Source: a virus (taxonomy: Duplodnaviria > Caudoviricetes). From it: DNA of 64,000 bases. Position numbers and translations under genes: made by a program. The notes beneath the pieces are model-generated. The model did not search any database, was not told the origin of the DNA, and saw nothing but the letters and a program-made list of their open reading frames with translations. The stretch lies in the IMG/VR virus record IMGVR_UViG_3300038443_002533, positions 160,001-224,000 of that record; one strand, written 5' to 3'. Positions 53,767 to 63,739 of the stretch are shown piece by piece; position 1 is the first letter of the stretch; each line of letters starts with the position of its first letter.

Positions 53767-55338
53767 TTAGATCATCATGTCGGAACCGTTGAAGTCCCAC
53801 ACCGGGTTTTCACGGGCACTGCCAATCGGACCCGCCCCAGGCTTACGCAGCGTGGTATCCGGTCCGTCTACATCGTCGAGCAGGTTCCCGACTTCCTGCA
53901 TCGCCCAAGCGGCGTAGCGATCGATCATTGGGGTCTGTCGGGTCTTACGGTGTTTGCCCCGTTGTCGGGTCAAATACGCCTTACCGTTCACATACTCGAT
54001 GTGTTGGAACACTTCGAGATCGACTTCCTGGTCCAGACGCTGGGAGCCGTCATACATGCCTTTGCCGGGCAGCGTGCGGACCAAGTTCGCCGTCCCTTCC
54101 CGCACGAGCTTCTTGGCGTCGGACGAGAGCTGGTGCGGTGTGACGAACAGAATGTGCCGTGGGGCGCAGAAGTTACGAATGCGGCGGAACATGTCACGGA
54201 TGTCGGAACCGGCCGTGGTCATGATGCAACCGGTGGTCGGCAGCATCGCCAGGTAATCGACGAACAACGCCACCACTTCGTAACCATCGGCTTCCAAGGC
54301 CAGGACTTTGTTTTGCACGTCCAGGTAAGTCCAGCCCGACGGGTTGACCCGCATCATGCGAATATAGAAGCCCGTGGCTTGCATCCGCGGCATGATGTAG
54401 TCAGCCAGATCTTCTTCGCTCAAGCCCGTCAAATCCGGCAGGGTCTTGACCGCGTCTTCTTTATGCTCGTTGCAATGGAACTGTTCGTAGAGGAACTGGA
54501 AGTTTTCCTTCAAGCTGTCTTCGAACGAAATGCGCAGCAGCAACGGCTTCTTGGCTGGGTTACGCAGTACCGGGGTGTTGTACACCGCGATATGACGGAA
54601 CTCGGTCAGATTCCCGCCGGTCTTGAAGTTGTGCGCCAGCGCCGCTGGACTGATCACGGCTTCGCCGCGGCGATAGCCACCGTCGAGCATGCGGTTCATG
54701 CCTTGCAGACCTAGGCGCAGGATCGTGCTGCCTTCTTCGCCTTCCTTGACCGCTTGGAACACGTTGGCGACCTGCTCGCGTTTGCTGAAGTCGACTTCAT
54801 CGACCACTGCCGGATCTTTCTCGATGTGGCTGGTGGTGTACGGCTCCAGCATCTCGCGCAGTTCCATCGCGAAGGTGTTCATCGAGTGGATCTTGGCTTT
54901 GTTGAACTTCACCTTGCTGAACGCGTCGGTGATGATCTTCTCGACTTCCTTGTTGCGGAAGTAATTGCGGATCTGGTTGCGCAGGTTGATGCAGGTCCGT
55001 TTCAGCGCCCCTTCGGACAGTTCGGGCATAATGCCGCCCTGGAGGGCTTCGTAGGTGATGTCATCATCGCCGCAATTCATTTTGAGGCGTTGCAGCAATT
55101 CATTCGGCTCGTACTGATGGTCGTAGGGGTTACAGGCCATCATGTAAGCGGTTTCTTTCAACCCCATCAAGACTTCGGTGCCGCGGTCTTTGATATCGCG
55201 CCCCAGGCTCACGTCAGGGGTTTTGACTTCTTCCACGACCTTCAATACATCTTCCGCAGAGTTATTGGTATGACCCACTTGCTGGCTCTCGCGGTAGAGT
55301 AAACTGATCGCGCTGACAAGCAAAAGTTGAATGTTCAT
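53767..55338 (-). CDS. DnaB-like replicative helicase (phiKZ gp118-like)
   Basis: NRMLDGGYRRGE, degenerate Walker A ALAHNFKTG, ISFED, FVDYL, PHQLS, RGKHR; synteny with capsid gene. Confidence 0.85.
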   Translation of the reverse strand: MNIQLLLVSAISLLYRESQQVGHTNNSAEDVLKVVEEVKTPDVSLGRDIKDRGTEVLMGLKETAYMMACNPYDHQYEPNELLQRLKMNCGDDDITYEALQGGIMPELSEGALKRTCINLRNQIRNYFRNKEVEKIITDAFSKVKFNKAKIHSMNTFAMELREMLEPYTTSHIEKDPAVVDEVDFSKREQVANVFQAVKEGEEGSTILRLGLQGMNRMLDGGYRRGEAVISPAALAHNFKTGGNLTEFRHIAVYNTPVLRNPAKKPLLLRISFEDSLKENFQFLYEQFHCNEHKEDAVKTLPDLTGLSEEDLADYIMPRMQATGFYIRMMRVNPSGWTYLDVQNKVLALEADGYEVVALFVDYLAMLPTTGCIMTTAGSDIRDMFRRIRNFCAPRHILFVTPHQLSSDAKKLVREGTANLVRTLPGKGMYDGSQRLDQEVDLEVFQHIEYVNGKAYLTRQRGKHRKTRQTPMIDRYAAWAMQEVGNLLDDVDGPDTTLRKPGAGPIGSARENPVWDFNGSDMMI

Positions 55339-55456
55339 GATGTTGGTTCGGTTAAGGTTTATGCGATTGCCGTTATTCTTCTATGAGTAGCTCTTAAGTC
55401 CACATACTAAAGACTTGTCTCATCTTTTTAAATCTGGTTTCACAAGGAGTTCACCC

Positions 55457-56083
55457 ATGGTGGAACAAAAGAAACATGTCGTTTACGTGCCGTACTGGAT
55501 TGCCGGTGCGCTGCAACGTAATAACTTGCCGTTGTCCACCCTGCTGGACTACCGCAAAGTCGCCAAGTTCTTCAGCCCGCAAGAGCAGGCGAACATGCTG
55601 CTGTTCGAGGAAATCAACCCGTTCAAGGCCGAACTGAAAGACGGTCGTCTTCAGCCGGTGTATGGCGTGACCGAAGTGGGCTCGACCACCAGTATCACCG
55701 AGTCGTGCTTCGACGCCCCACTCTATGACGCGTGGCGTCAGTGTGTCTCAAATTCTACCGATGCAAATGATAATGCACTGGTGAACAATCTTTCGACGAT
55801 GAACTCGCTGTCCTGGAATGAAACGACGAAAGCTGAAGTGTCTGCGCGGTTTGATCCGGCCAACGCTGGCCGCTTGAACTACACCGGACCCTTTATTACA
55901 TATGACGTGGAACGTAATTACCTCCTCGTCGTGATTTACCCAGCGTTCTTTGAAAGTGCGGTACATGAAGCGAATGTGGTAGCTCTGTGCAAGCAGGTGC
56001 TGGAAACATTCTATGTGTACAACACGCCCGCATCGGGGTGCAAGACACCATACTTCCGGAAGTATCTCGAATCGTTAGGGTAA
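55457..56083 (+). CDS. conserved phiKZ-like protein upstream of the capsid gene
   Basis: AAGGAG RBS before ATG 55457; position between helicase and major capsid protein. Confidence 0.8.
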   Translation: MVEQKKHVVYVPYWIAGALQRNNLPLSTLLDYRKVAKFFSPQEQANMLLFEEINPFKAELKDGRLQPVYGVTEVGSTTSITESCFDAPLYDAWRQCVSNSTDANDNALVNNLSTMNSLSWNETTKAEVSARFDPANAGRLNYTGPFITYDVERNYLLVVIYPAFFESAVHEANVVALCKQVLETFYVYNTPASGCKTPYFRKYLESLG

Positions 56084-56187
56084 TTATGTTCTGACTTCGT
56101 CAGTAGATAATTATCTAATTATTTGAGCTGAATAAGCCCCAAAGCAAATTCCTTTCCCAATTTCTCCTGTAAGGGTTGGTTATAACC

Positions 56188-58380
56188 ATGAAAAGCATCA
56201 TCTTCAATAGCGACCGTGAAACCAAAGGCCTGGGCGGCTTCCTGGCACGCACCCATGACCTCGCGAATAACTTCGTTCACGCTGGCAGCGCAGCCAAAGT
56301 CGGTCAGAACCTCCTGGCCGTCGAATCGATCTCCAGCAACCCCGCGGCCGTCAACGAACTGCAAACCACGGCGCAGGAACTGCTGGCCAAGTTCAACCAA
56401 TTCGCCGCCGAATCGTTCCCGGTCACGGACAAGGCCGGCCGCGTCGGTCACGCCTACAACGACAACCAGATGAAGGCCGCGACCATCGCCGCCATGCTGG
56501 GTCACGACCTGAAGGGTGCGATCAACGCCCCAACCAAACCGGCCATGAGCCTGGAAGGCATCGCCGTCGCCGGCGTGCTGGACCAAACCCCGTACGAGCG
56601 CCGTGCTTCGAACGAAGCCTACGACGAACAATCGACGGCAACGTCGGTGGCCTTCTCGGTCGCCTACAACCTGGAATGCGCCCGCCAATCCGAGCTGGCC
56701 GAAACGCTGTTCCCGACCGTCGTGATTCCGCCGAACGAAGCCGGCCTGTTCATGTCGATCGACCTGGCCCTGCTGCAAGACGACGCCAACCGCCAGATCA
56801 GCGGCGCCGTGACGGACTTCCACCGTTACAACGTCATCCGTGCGCAGACCTACCCGGAACTGCTGCAAAACGACGCGTCCGACCTGGTGCCGGTGCTGCG
56901 TGACGAATCCAAGCAGAACTTCGTCGCCGACACGATCATCGCCCCGATCGTCCGCAAGATGGACAACGGCGAAGAAATCACCACCAGCTACCTGAAGACC
57001 GGTGCCAAGTTCGACCTGCTGTCGATCTCGCACACCGACACGATGGTCGCAAAGGGCCTGCCGAACCAGACCGACTCGATCGATCCGGGCGTCTTCCTGG
57101 AAGAGATCCTGATCCAACTCCAGTCGGCCGACGGCAACACCAAGGAAGTCATCAGCTTCAACGTCAAGGAACTGCCGGGCGCTGCCTACTACCAGGCACA
57201 ACAAGGCGACTACCGCGATCAACAACTGTCGTTCCAGAACGGCAGCCTGCTGATCAACGGCTCGACCACGACCGCTTCGGGCGCTGCTTCGACCCTGCTG
57301 GCTCCGATCGGCACCGGCGGCTACGAAGTCCGCCTGGCAGTCGACGTCTCCGGCCGCCTGAACCTGCAATTCGGCGCAGGCTCGGTCTACGGTCCGGCAC
57401 CGGAAGTCACTGCGGTTGCCAAGAACGGCACGCAAGTCTCGACGGCTTCGGGCGCTGGCGCCACGATCGCTGCCATCTTCGCCAACGCGTCGATCATCGG
57501 CTACAAACTGTACGCAAAGCGTTCGAACCTGAACCGCCGTCTGCGCGGCCAAACGATGGACACGAACACGAAGAAGCAGTTCTACCCGCTGAACCTGCTG
57601 GCTCCGGTCACCATCGTGCGTCCGCACTCGGCTGGCGACGTCAACGACGCGCGCGACCTGTCGTTCCTGATCTTCACGACCAAGACCCGCTCGTCGATCG
57701 ACGCGGTCGAAGTGCTGCAAGCGCACGCCGCAACGATGAAGTCGATGCAAGGCCAATACCACGTCCCGGGCGAATCGGTCGAGACGTTCGGTCTGGCTCG
57801 CTGGCTGCTGGATCCGTACTACGCGCACGACACCTACGTCGCACCGGACGTGGTCGATTCGATCAAGTCGTCCGAGCGCGCTGCCGACATCCAGGCATCG
57901 CTGGTCAACCTGATCCGTGACCACGTGTACAAAATGTGGCAACTGTCGTCCTACGGTCCGGCTTCGGCATCGCAGAACGGCGGCGTCGCAACGATCCCGA
58001 CGGTCATCATCGCCTGCGATCCGCGTATCGAACAGTACCTGAACATCACCGGCGACCTGCGTCTGCTGGGCGACAAGTTCCCGGTCAAGGTCGTGTCCGA
58101 TACGAACAAGAACCTCCGCGGCAAGCTGTACGTCACGTTCGGCAACATGGAAACCGCAGCGCAAGGCGTCCCGAACGTCCTGCACTTCGGCACCACCATG
58201 TATCGTCCGGAAATGACGATCATCCTGCCGGTCTCGCGCGATGGCCAGACCTCGAAAGAGATCACCGTCTCGCCGGCGTTCCGCCACTTCGTCAACCTGC
58301 CGCTCCTGGTCGAGATGGACGTGTCGGGCATCGAAGACGTGGTCGACGCCAAGCTGCCGATCGTAATGCACACCGTCTAA
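56188..58380 (+). CDS. major capsid protein (phiKZ gp120-like)
   Basis: ~730 aa; ASNEAYDE cleavage region, VAYNLECARQSELAETLFPTVVIPP, V.P.FRHFVNLP C-terminus; extreme codon bias. Confidence 0.9.
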   Translation: MKSIIFNSDRETKGLGGFLARTHDLANNFVHAGSAAKVGQNLLAVESISSNPAAVNELQTTAQELLAKFNQFAAESFPVTDKAGRVGHAYNDNQMKAATIAAMLGHDLKGAINAPTKPAMSLEGIAVAGVLDQTPYERRASNEAYDEQSTATSVAFSVAYNLECARQSELAETLFPTVVIPPNEAGLFMSIDLALLQDDANRQISGAVTDFHRYNVIRAQTYPELLQNDASDLVPVLRDESKQNFVADTIIAPIVRKMDNGEEITTSYLKTGAKFDLLSISHTDTMVAKGLPNQTDSIDPGVFLEEILIQLQSADGNTKEVISFNVKELPGAAYYQAQQGDYRDQQLSFQNGSLLINGSTTTASGAASTLLAPIGTGGYEVRLAVDVSGRLNLQFGAGSVYGPAPEVTAVAKNGTQVSTASGAGATIAAIFANASIIGYKLYAKRSNLNRRLRGQTMDTNTKKQFYPLNLLAPVTIVRPHSAGDVNDARDLSFLIFTTKTRSSIDAVEVLQAHAATMKSMQGQYHVPGESVETFGLARWLLDPYYAHDTYVAPDVVDSIKSSERAADIQASLVNLIRDHVYKMWQLSSYGPASASQNGGVATIPTVIIACDPRIEQYLNITGDLRLLGDKFPVKVVSDTNKNLRGKLYVTFGNMETAAQGVPNVLHFGTTMYRPEMTIILPVSRDGQTSKEITVSPAFRHFVNLPLLVEMDVSGIEDVVDAKLPIVMHTV

Positions 58381-58479
58381 TCCAAGACGGAACTGATGAA
58401 CCGCTGTGTCAGGATAACCTCTTGCCATGGTGGTTCGTCCATGGCTATAAGCAACCCTTACAGCTAAGCATTGGGGCTA

Positions 58480-58505
58480 CCCTCCTACCCGCAAGGGTAG
58501 GAGGG
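58480..58505 (+). terminator. GCAA-loop terminator after the capsid gene
   Basis: CCCTCCTACCC-GCAA-GGGTAGGAGGG. Confidence 0.8.
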
Positions 58506-58541
58506 CCAGCTGCTATGCCGTCAAAAACTTTCTCTAGATTA

Positions 58542-58558
58542 TTTCACGTCTATATCAC
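58542..58558 (+). promoter_or_regulatory. phiKZ-type early promoter (TTTCACGTC-TATATCAC)
   Basis: Conserved motif upstream of the operon carrying the nvRNAP subunit. Confidence 0.75.
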
Positions 58559-58590
58559 TAAATTGATCTGCATAGAAAGCGTGGCTGCCT

Positions 58591-59799
58591 ATGCCTAACC
58601 AATTTAACAGAAATAGAGTGTCGACCATGGAACAAGACGACGTCGTAACGTTTTACGGGAAGGTCCGCATCGCCACGATTAAACCTGGCGATACCGAACA
58701 AGGGGGCTTGACCCACTTTCAAGTCAATACCCGCTATGTGAACAATACCCGGCAAATCGTGCGGGTCAAACATCGTTCGAATTTGGAAACCAGCTTTCCG
58801 GCGGTGCCGGTGCGGAGCCCTTATGCGCACGATGAAATGTTTATCGTTAGAAAAGAATTGGTGGTATCTATCACTTGTATCGAAGCGATGCGCAGCTATT
58901 TCGTCAACCTGCCAGAAGGCGGCGAAGTCACGAGTGAACTCGAATGCTTTCGCAGAGCGTTTCTGCAAGTGTATGAAAATGTGTTTCGGGTCCATCAACC
59001 GCGGGAACTGCGGGCGGTGGTCGAACACACCTTCACCGAGAAAGATCTGGAAAGCCATGGCGGGATCTTCTACCATGATGAACTCGATCTGCTGATCAAG
59101 ACCGGTGACGCACCGTTTGAGATCGCCCATCCGAACAGTCCGCTGGGTCGGCAACACACCCTCGAAGAGCGTGCCGTGCAACTACGCGATGAGCACGGTT
59201 TCATCTTCTGGATAGAAATTATTGATAACCTAGAAAGGTATGATGAACGTTTCGTACCGATCTGTAACCAGGTGTACAAGATCGTACCCAAGAAAGATAA
59301 AAATAGACCGGATGGGTTGTATATTGTATCGAGCAAACCGTCAGCAGGTCGGATTACGTCCACCGAAATCTCGACCCGGCATTACCCGATGGAAGATATC
59401 GAAAAGGAACTCGGTATCTACAGCAGCTACGAGTCCGCCAAAGCCAACGGCGATGTGGCTGGGGCACGACGGCGTGAGATGCAAGAACGGGAGCACGAGT
59501 TTGCTCGACAAAAGCAAGAGTGGAACGAAACCGAACTGCGCTATAAACGTGAAGCGATCGAACGCGACCGCGCGTTAAAGGACGCTGAAGCAGAACGTCA
59601 ACGCCAGAACCAGACGATGGACGATCTGCGGGAACGGCAAACCCACCTGATGAAAATGCAAGAAATGCAAAACAAAGAGCGTTTCGACCAACGCCAAGCG
59701 GAACGAAAAGATGCGTCTGAGATGATCAAGTTCTTACCTGTGATCCTCTCTGGCATCGGCACGATTCTGATGGCCTGGTCAACGTTCCGCGGTAAGTAG
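58591..59799 (+). CDS. conserved phiKZ-like protein with C-terminal coiled coil and hydrophobic tail
   Basis: Synteny between capsid and RNAP genes; E/R-rich coiled coil. Confidence 0.85.
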   Translation: MPNQFNRNRVSTMEQDDVVTFYGKVRIATIKPGDTEQGGLTHFQVNTRYVNNTRQIVRVKHRSNLETSFPAVPVRSPYAHDEMFIVRKELVVSITCIEAMRSYFVNLPEGGEVTSELECFRRAFLQVYENVFRVHQPRELRAVVEHTFTEKDLESHGGIFYHDELDLLIKTGDAPFEIAHPNSPLGRQHTLEERAVQLRDEHGFIFWIEIIDNLERYDERFVPICNQVYKIVPKKDKNRPDGLYIVSSKPSAGRITSTEISTRHYPMEDIEKELGIYSSYESAKANGDVAGARRREMQEREHEFARQKQEWNETELRYKREAIERDRALKDAEAERQRQNQTMDDLRERQTHLMKMQEMQNKERFDQRQAERKDASEMIKFLPVILSGIGTILMAWSTFRGK

Positions 59800-59833
59800 A
59801 ATAATCCCAACCCGTAACAAAGGAGCTGCGTAC

Positions 59834-61528
59834 ATGGATCCCTCCCTTCGATCTTTTGTGATCGACGATTTCCCACCTCTGAATATGAAAGTGGCCGAAG
59901 GGTTCGCGGTATCGGAAATCCCCAAGTCCGAACGCTTTATCAAGATGTTGTTCGAATCGATCGTCGATACCTTCCCGCCGGGATTGCGGTTTGTCGACGC
60001 GCAGCGCTGTACGCCGATGGAAGAATACCGGGAAGCCACCAAACGACATAACCAAAAGTCGTCGAAGAATTCCCAGCGTTCGCAATTCGACATCGCCAAG
60101 TCGAACGTGTACATGATGAAATACCTGTTCGAGTACACGCCACCCGGCAGCCAAGTCACGATCCAACTCAAGCCGCGCTATCTGTATTTGCCCTGGGTCG
60201 ACGATGGCGGCTTCATCAAGATCAGCGATTCGCTGTACACGATTTCGCCGGTGGCGGCAGACCGGGTGATCTCGGTGATGCGCAAAACTATCTTCGTGCG
60301 CCTGATCAAATCGCGCTTCAACATCAACCGCATCAGCCAGCATTTCAAAGTGGACAACGTCGATACGTTCGCTCACGTGGTGTGGTCGAAGATTCACCAA
60401 AAGAAAGTGGTGCGCGACAAGAACGATCCGGACAGCGTGGTGGCAGAATCGACCCTCGGCCATTACCTGTTCTGCAAGTACGGTGTGCTGGAAGCGTTCC
60501 GGCAATTCGCGGGTACCAACGTCGTGGTGGGCGATGCCGAACACATCACCGAAGAGAAATACCCGCCGGACCAATGGCACATCGCGCGGACCTCGCGCAA
60601 TGAACTCAACGGTCACCCGAATGGGCGGCGCGCCGAGACCTATCGACCGACCCGACTGCGGATCGCGATCCCGCGTGGTCAAGACACTCCGATGGTGCAC
60701 AACCTGATCGGGGCGTTCTTCTATCTGGCCGATCGCTTCCCGGATCGCCTGGCGTATTTGCAAGAATACGTGGTGCGCCAAGATGAGCAGAAGCTGGCCC
60801 ACGAACGGCGGATGTGGACGCTGATCCTGGGGCATCTGGTGGCACCGGGTTCGCCTGAAGGTAAAGTGCTGAAGGAAATGGACAGCCACATGCGGTCGCT
60901 CGATGAATACATCGACCCGATCGTGAAAGAGCAGTTGAAGAACATCGGCTATCAAGTGGACAACGTGTACCAGTTGTTTGCCCGCTTGATCCAGGACTTC
61001 GACCCGCTGTTGCTGGCCAACCGCAGTAAGCTCTCGTCGATGTATGACAAAGAGCTGAACGTGCTCCAGTTCGTGTTGTTCGAAATCAGCAAGAACATCA
61101 TGGAACTCGGGTTCCACATGCTCAAGCTGTGCGAAGAATCGAACCTGTCGCCCGAGAAGCTCAACAGCGCATTCGGCAACAAGATCCGTACCGGCGCGAT
61201 CTTCCACATCTACAAGTCGTCTGGTGCGGTTTCCGCCAACTCGTACCCGGGCGATAACAAGGTGTTCAAGATTACCACCCTGTTGGTGCCGCAACAACAC
61301 ACCAACAAAGGCGGTCGTAAGAAGGGTGGTTTGCAGCTGTCCGATCCGATCAACCAACTGCACATCTCGGTGGTTGAAGTCGGCGGGTATGCCAACCTGC
61401 CCAAATCGCAGCCGTCGGGTCACTTCCGCATCAATCCCTTCGTGGGCTTGACACTGGACAACGTGATCAGGCGTCATGCGGAACTGGTCGACGTCTACGA
61501 CGACGCCCAGCGCAAGATCGAAATGTAA
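59834..61528 (+). CDS. non-virion RNA polymerase beta-like subunit (phiKZ gp123-like)
   Basis: LYLPWVDDGG..ISDSLYTISPVAADRVIS, LGHYLFCKYG, VEVGGYANLPKSQPSG..RINPF; synteny. Confidence 0.8.
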   Translation: MDPSLRSFVIDDFPPLNMKVAEGFAVSEIPKSERFIKMLFESIVDTFPPGLRFVDAQRCTPMEEYREATKRHNQKSSKNSQRSQFDIAKSNVYMMKYLFEYTPPGSQVTIQLKPRYLYLPWVDDGGFIKISDSLYTISPVAADRVISVMRKTIFVRLIKSRFNINRISQHFKVDNVDTFAHVVWSKIHQKKVVRDKNDPDSVVAESTLGHYLFCKYGVLEAFRQFAGTNVVVGDAEHITEEKYPPDQWHIARTSRNELNGHPNGRRAETYRPTRLRIAIPRGQDTPMVHNLIGAFFYLADRFPDRLAYLQEYVVRQDEQKLAHERRMWTLILGHLVAPGSPEGKVLKEMDSHMRSLDEYIDPIVKEQLKNIGYQVDNVYQLFARLIQDFDPLLLANRSKLSSMYDKELNVLQFVLFEISKNIMELGFHMLKLCEESNLSPEKLNSAFGNKIRTGAIFHIYKSSGAVSANSYPGDNKVFKITTLLVPQQHTNKGGRKKGGLQLSDPINQLHISVVEVGGYANLPKSQPSGHFRINPFVGLTLDNVIRRHAELVDVYDDAQRKIEM

Positions 61529-61564
61529 GTCGTATCCAGAACTAACAACAGCGAGGATATCACC

Positions 61565-61723
61565 ATGGAGCAAGAACCGAAACCGCCTGACACACCGCCA
61601 CCGATCTCACTCACCGACCGGTGGCGCCGCATTCGGCGCCAGCAGGATATCCAGCGCGATCTGGAAGCCTGTGCTGAAGTCATCACCAAACACTTGATCG
61701 ACAAGATCAAGCGCAAACGCTAA
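61565..61723 (+). CDS. 52-aa hypothetical protein (not in ORF track)
   Basis: GAGGATATCACC leader; MEQEPKPP...KRKR. Confidence 0.65.
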   Translation: MEQEPKPPDTPPPISLTDRWRRIRRQQDIQRDLEACAEVITKHLIDKIKRKR

Positions 61724-61747
61724 TCACAACAAAAAAGGAACATCGCC

Positions 61748-63670
61748 ATGTACAATCCGAATCAACTGCAATTCCCGCCCGATCAGTTCCTGGTGGCGCC
61801 GATGCCGATCGACCCGCAACGTCCACCGATCATGTTCGACATCCGCTGCGCGCCGTGGCTGCAAAACTACGTGCCGTGGATCACCGGCATCATGATGGAC
61901 ATGATCACGCGCGAAGCTCAGGGTCCGGTGTCGATCCACTTCTACAACCGCATGTCCCAGGGCAACTGGAACAACCCGGAATTCGCCGGCGAGGTGGCGA
62001 ACTGCGCGGACTTCATCTACATCCAAGCGGGCGCTAACCAAGCCCCGCAGGAAATCCCGCGTTACATCCAGATGTATCTGGCGCTGCGCTCCAAGTTCGA
62101 AGTGCAGCTCACACCAGCACTGCGGGGTTTCATCGCCCAGCCGGATCAACCGCTGTTCGATCAAGCGATCAACCAGTTCCGACAGATCATCGACCAGATC
62201 CTGCAAATCCGTGGCGGCGGTGCCCCGGCGGCACAGCAGATGCGTCCAGCGCCGCAAGTCGGTGGTTATCCGGCACCGGTCGGTGCAGCGCCGTATGGGT
62301 CGATGGCGCCGGCCGTGGGTGGCTACCAAGCCCAACCGCAAGCAGGCGCCTACGTGCCGCCGGGTTCGCGGCAAAGTGGTGGCGGCCGCGATTACGGTTC
62401 GCCAGCACCGGCTTTCCAACCGCCGCCGCAAGCTCCGCAAGCGCAGCCGCAGCGTGCTCCAGTGGCGCAAGCGCCGGTGACGGCACCGACGGCGGCCGCA
62501 CCAGCACCCACCGGCCCGCGTCTGGAAGACCTGGTCGATCCGGATAAAGTCAAGTGGAATCCGGTCCCGACCATGTCGCCGATGCTGTACAACCCCGTCA
62601 AGGTCAAGATGATGTATACGCTGGACCCCGAAGGCCATACCAACACTCAACTCGTCATTACCAACATGGATCCCATCAATTACGATCGCCACAACATCGA
62701 CACGCTCTTCGGCCGGGTGCCTGCCAACATGCCCGTGCAGAAAGACAACGCGCCGATCGTGGTCGAACTCAAGGAAGCGGTGAACCAGGCGTTGGAAGAA
62801 AGCCAGGAAGTCGACGACGAGAAAGAGCGCGTGTATGAAACCCTGGGGCTGCGCAACGTCATCGCCACCTTCAGCCTGGAAGAAGCGATCCTCGACGCCC
62901 GCACCGAGATGGAAGCCAAGGTCGACCGCGACAACCGGCCGATGGTGTTCCAAGCGTACGCGCAGATCTATACCCCGATCATGGGGGACAAGACCGAGTA
63001 CGAGCTGATCCGCAAGCTGGGTGAATCGAACAGCTACCTGGAACTGCGTGAAAAGCTGGTGGCTGCCGGCGGTACGGCGTCGCCCGCGCTGCTGACCGAC
63101 ATCAGCCTGAAGCTGACCAACCTGATGAACGAGATCCTGCGCACGCGTCTGTCGATCCCTGCCGAGAACCTCGAAGTCGAAGATTTCGCCACCGATCTGG
63201 ACGCCCTCTTCGATGCACTGAAGAAAACGTTCGGCGAAAACGGCGACCGCATCTACCGTGCTTTCATCAAGGACCAGCAGAAACGCATCCAGGCGATGTT
63301 CAACGCGCCGAATCTGGACGAGGAATCGGGCCGGGATCTGCACGCGAGCCTGCTCGAAGGTCGCCTGACCGGCAGCTGGGATGATCGTAAAGATACCCCA
63401 GCGTTCACGTTCTTCGGCCCGAACGTGCGCATCACCTTCATCAACGTGCTGTCGCACGATCTGCTGATCCAGGGCATGCGTGGTCTCGGCAACGTGATCA
63501 CCAAGCAACACAGCGGGGTGTTGTACGATCTGGCGGTGTCGCTGTTCCAAATCGATACCGGTGATCTGGTGATCGATCGCCAGTACGTGGTCTCGCTTGA
63601 CGGTCGGGTGATGGAAATCACGCAAGGTTTGTTCGTCGAACCGTCCTACCTGCTGTCGTTGGTGAAATAA
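61748..63670 (+). CDS. large conserved phiKZ-like protein with a Pro/Ala/Gln-rich linker
   Basis: 640 aa, strong codon bias, AAAAGGA RBS. Confidence 0.9.
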   Translation: MYNPNQLQFPPDQFLVAPMPIDPQRPPIMFDIRCAPWLQNYVPWITGIMMDMITREAQGPVSIHFYNRMSQGNWNNPEFAGEVANCADFIYIQAGANQAPQEIPRYIQMYLALRSKFEVQLTPALRGFIAQPDQPLFDQAINQFRQIIDQILQIRGGGAPAAQQMRPAPQVGGYPAPVGAAPYGSMAPAVGGYQAQPQAGAYVPPGSRQSGGGRDYGSPAPAFQPPPQAPQAQPQRAPVAQAPVTAPTAAAPAPTGPRLEDLVDPDKVKWNPVPTMSPMLYNPVKVKMMYTLDPEGHTNTQLVITNMDPINYDRHNIDTLFGRVPANMPVQKDNAPIVVELKEAVNQALEESQEVDDEKERVYETLGLRNVIATFSLEEAILDARTEMEAKVDRDNRPMVFQAYAQIYTPIMGDKTEYELIRKLGESNSYLELREKLVAAGGTASPALLTDISLKLTNLMNEILRTRLSIPAENLEVEDFATDLDALFDALKKTFGENGDRIYRAFIKDQQKRIQAMFNAPNLDEESGRDLHASLLEGRLTGSWDDRKDTPAFTFFGPNVRITFINVLSHDLLIQGMRGLGNVITKQHSGVLYDLAVSLFQIDTGDLVIDRQYVVSLDGRVMEITQGLFVEPSYLLSLVK

Positions 63671-63739
63671 GTTTAACGTGGTGAGCTTTGTCAGGGGTTC
63701 GGTTCGCCGACCCCTGATTTTTTTACCCTCTTTTTAGGA

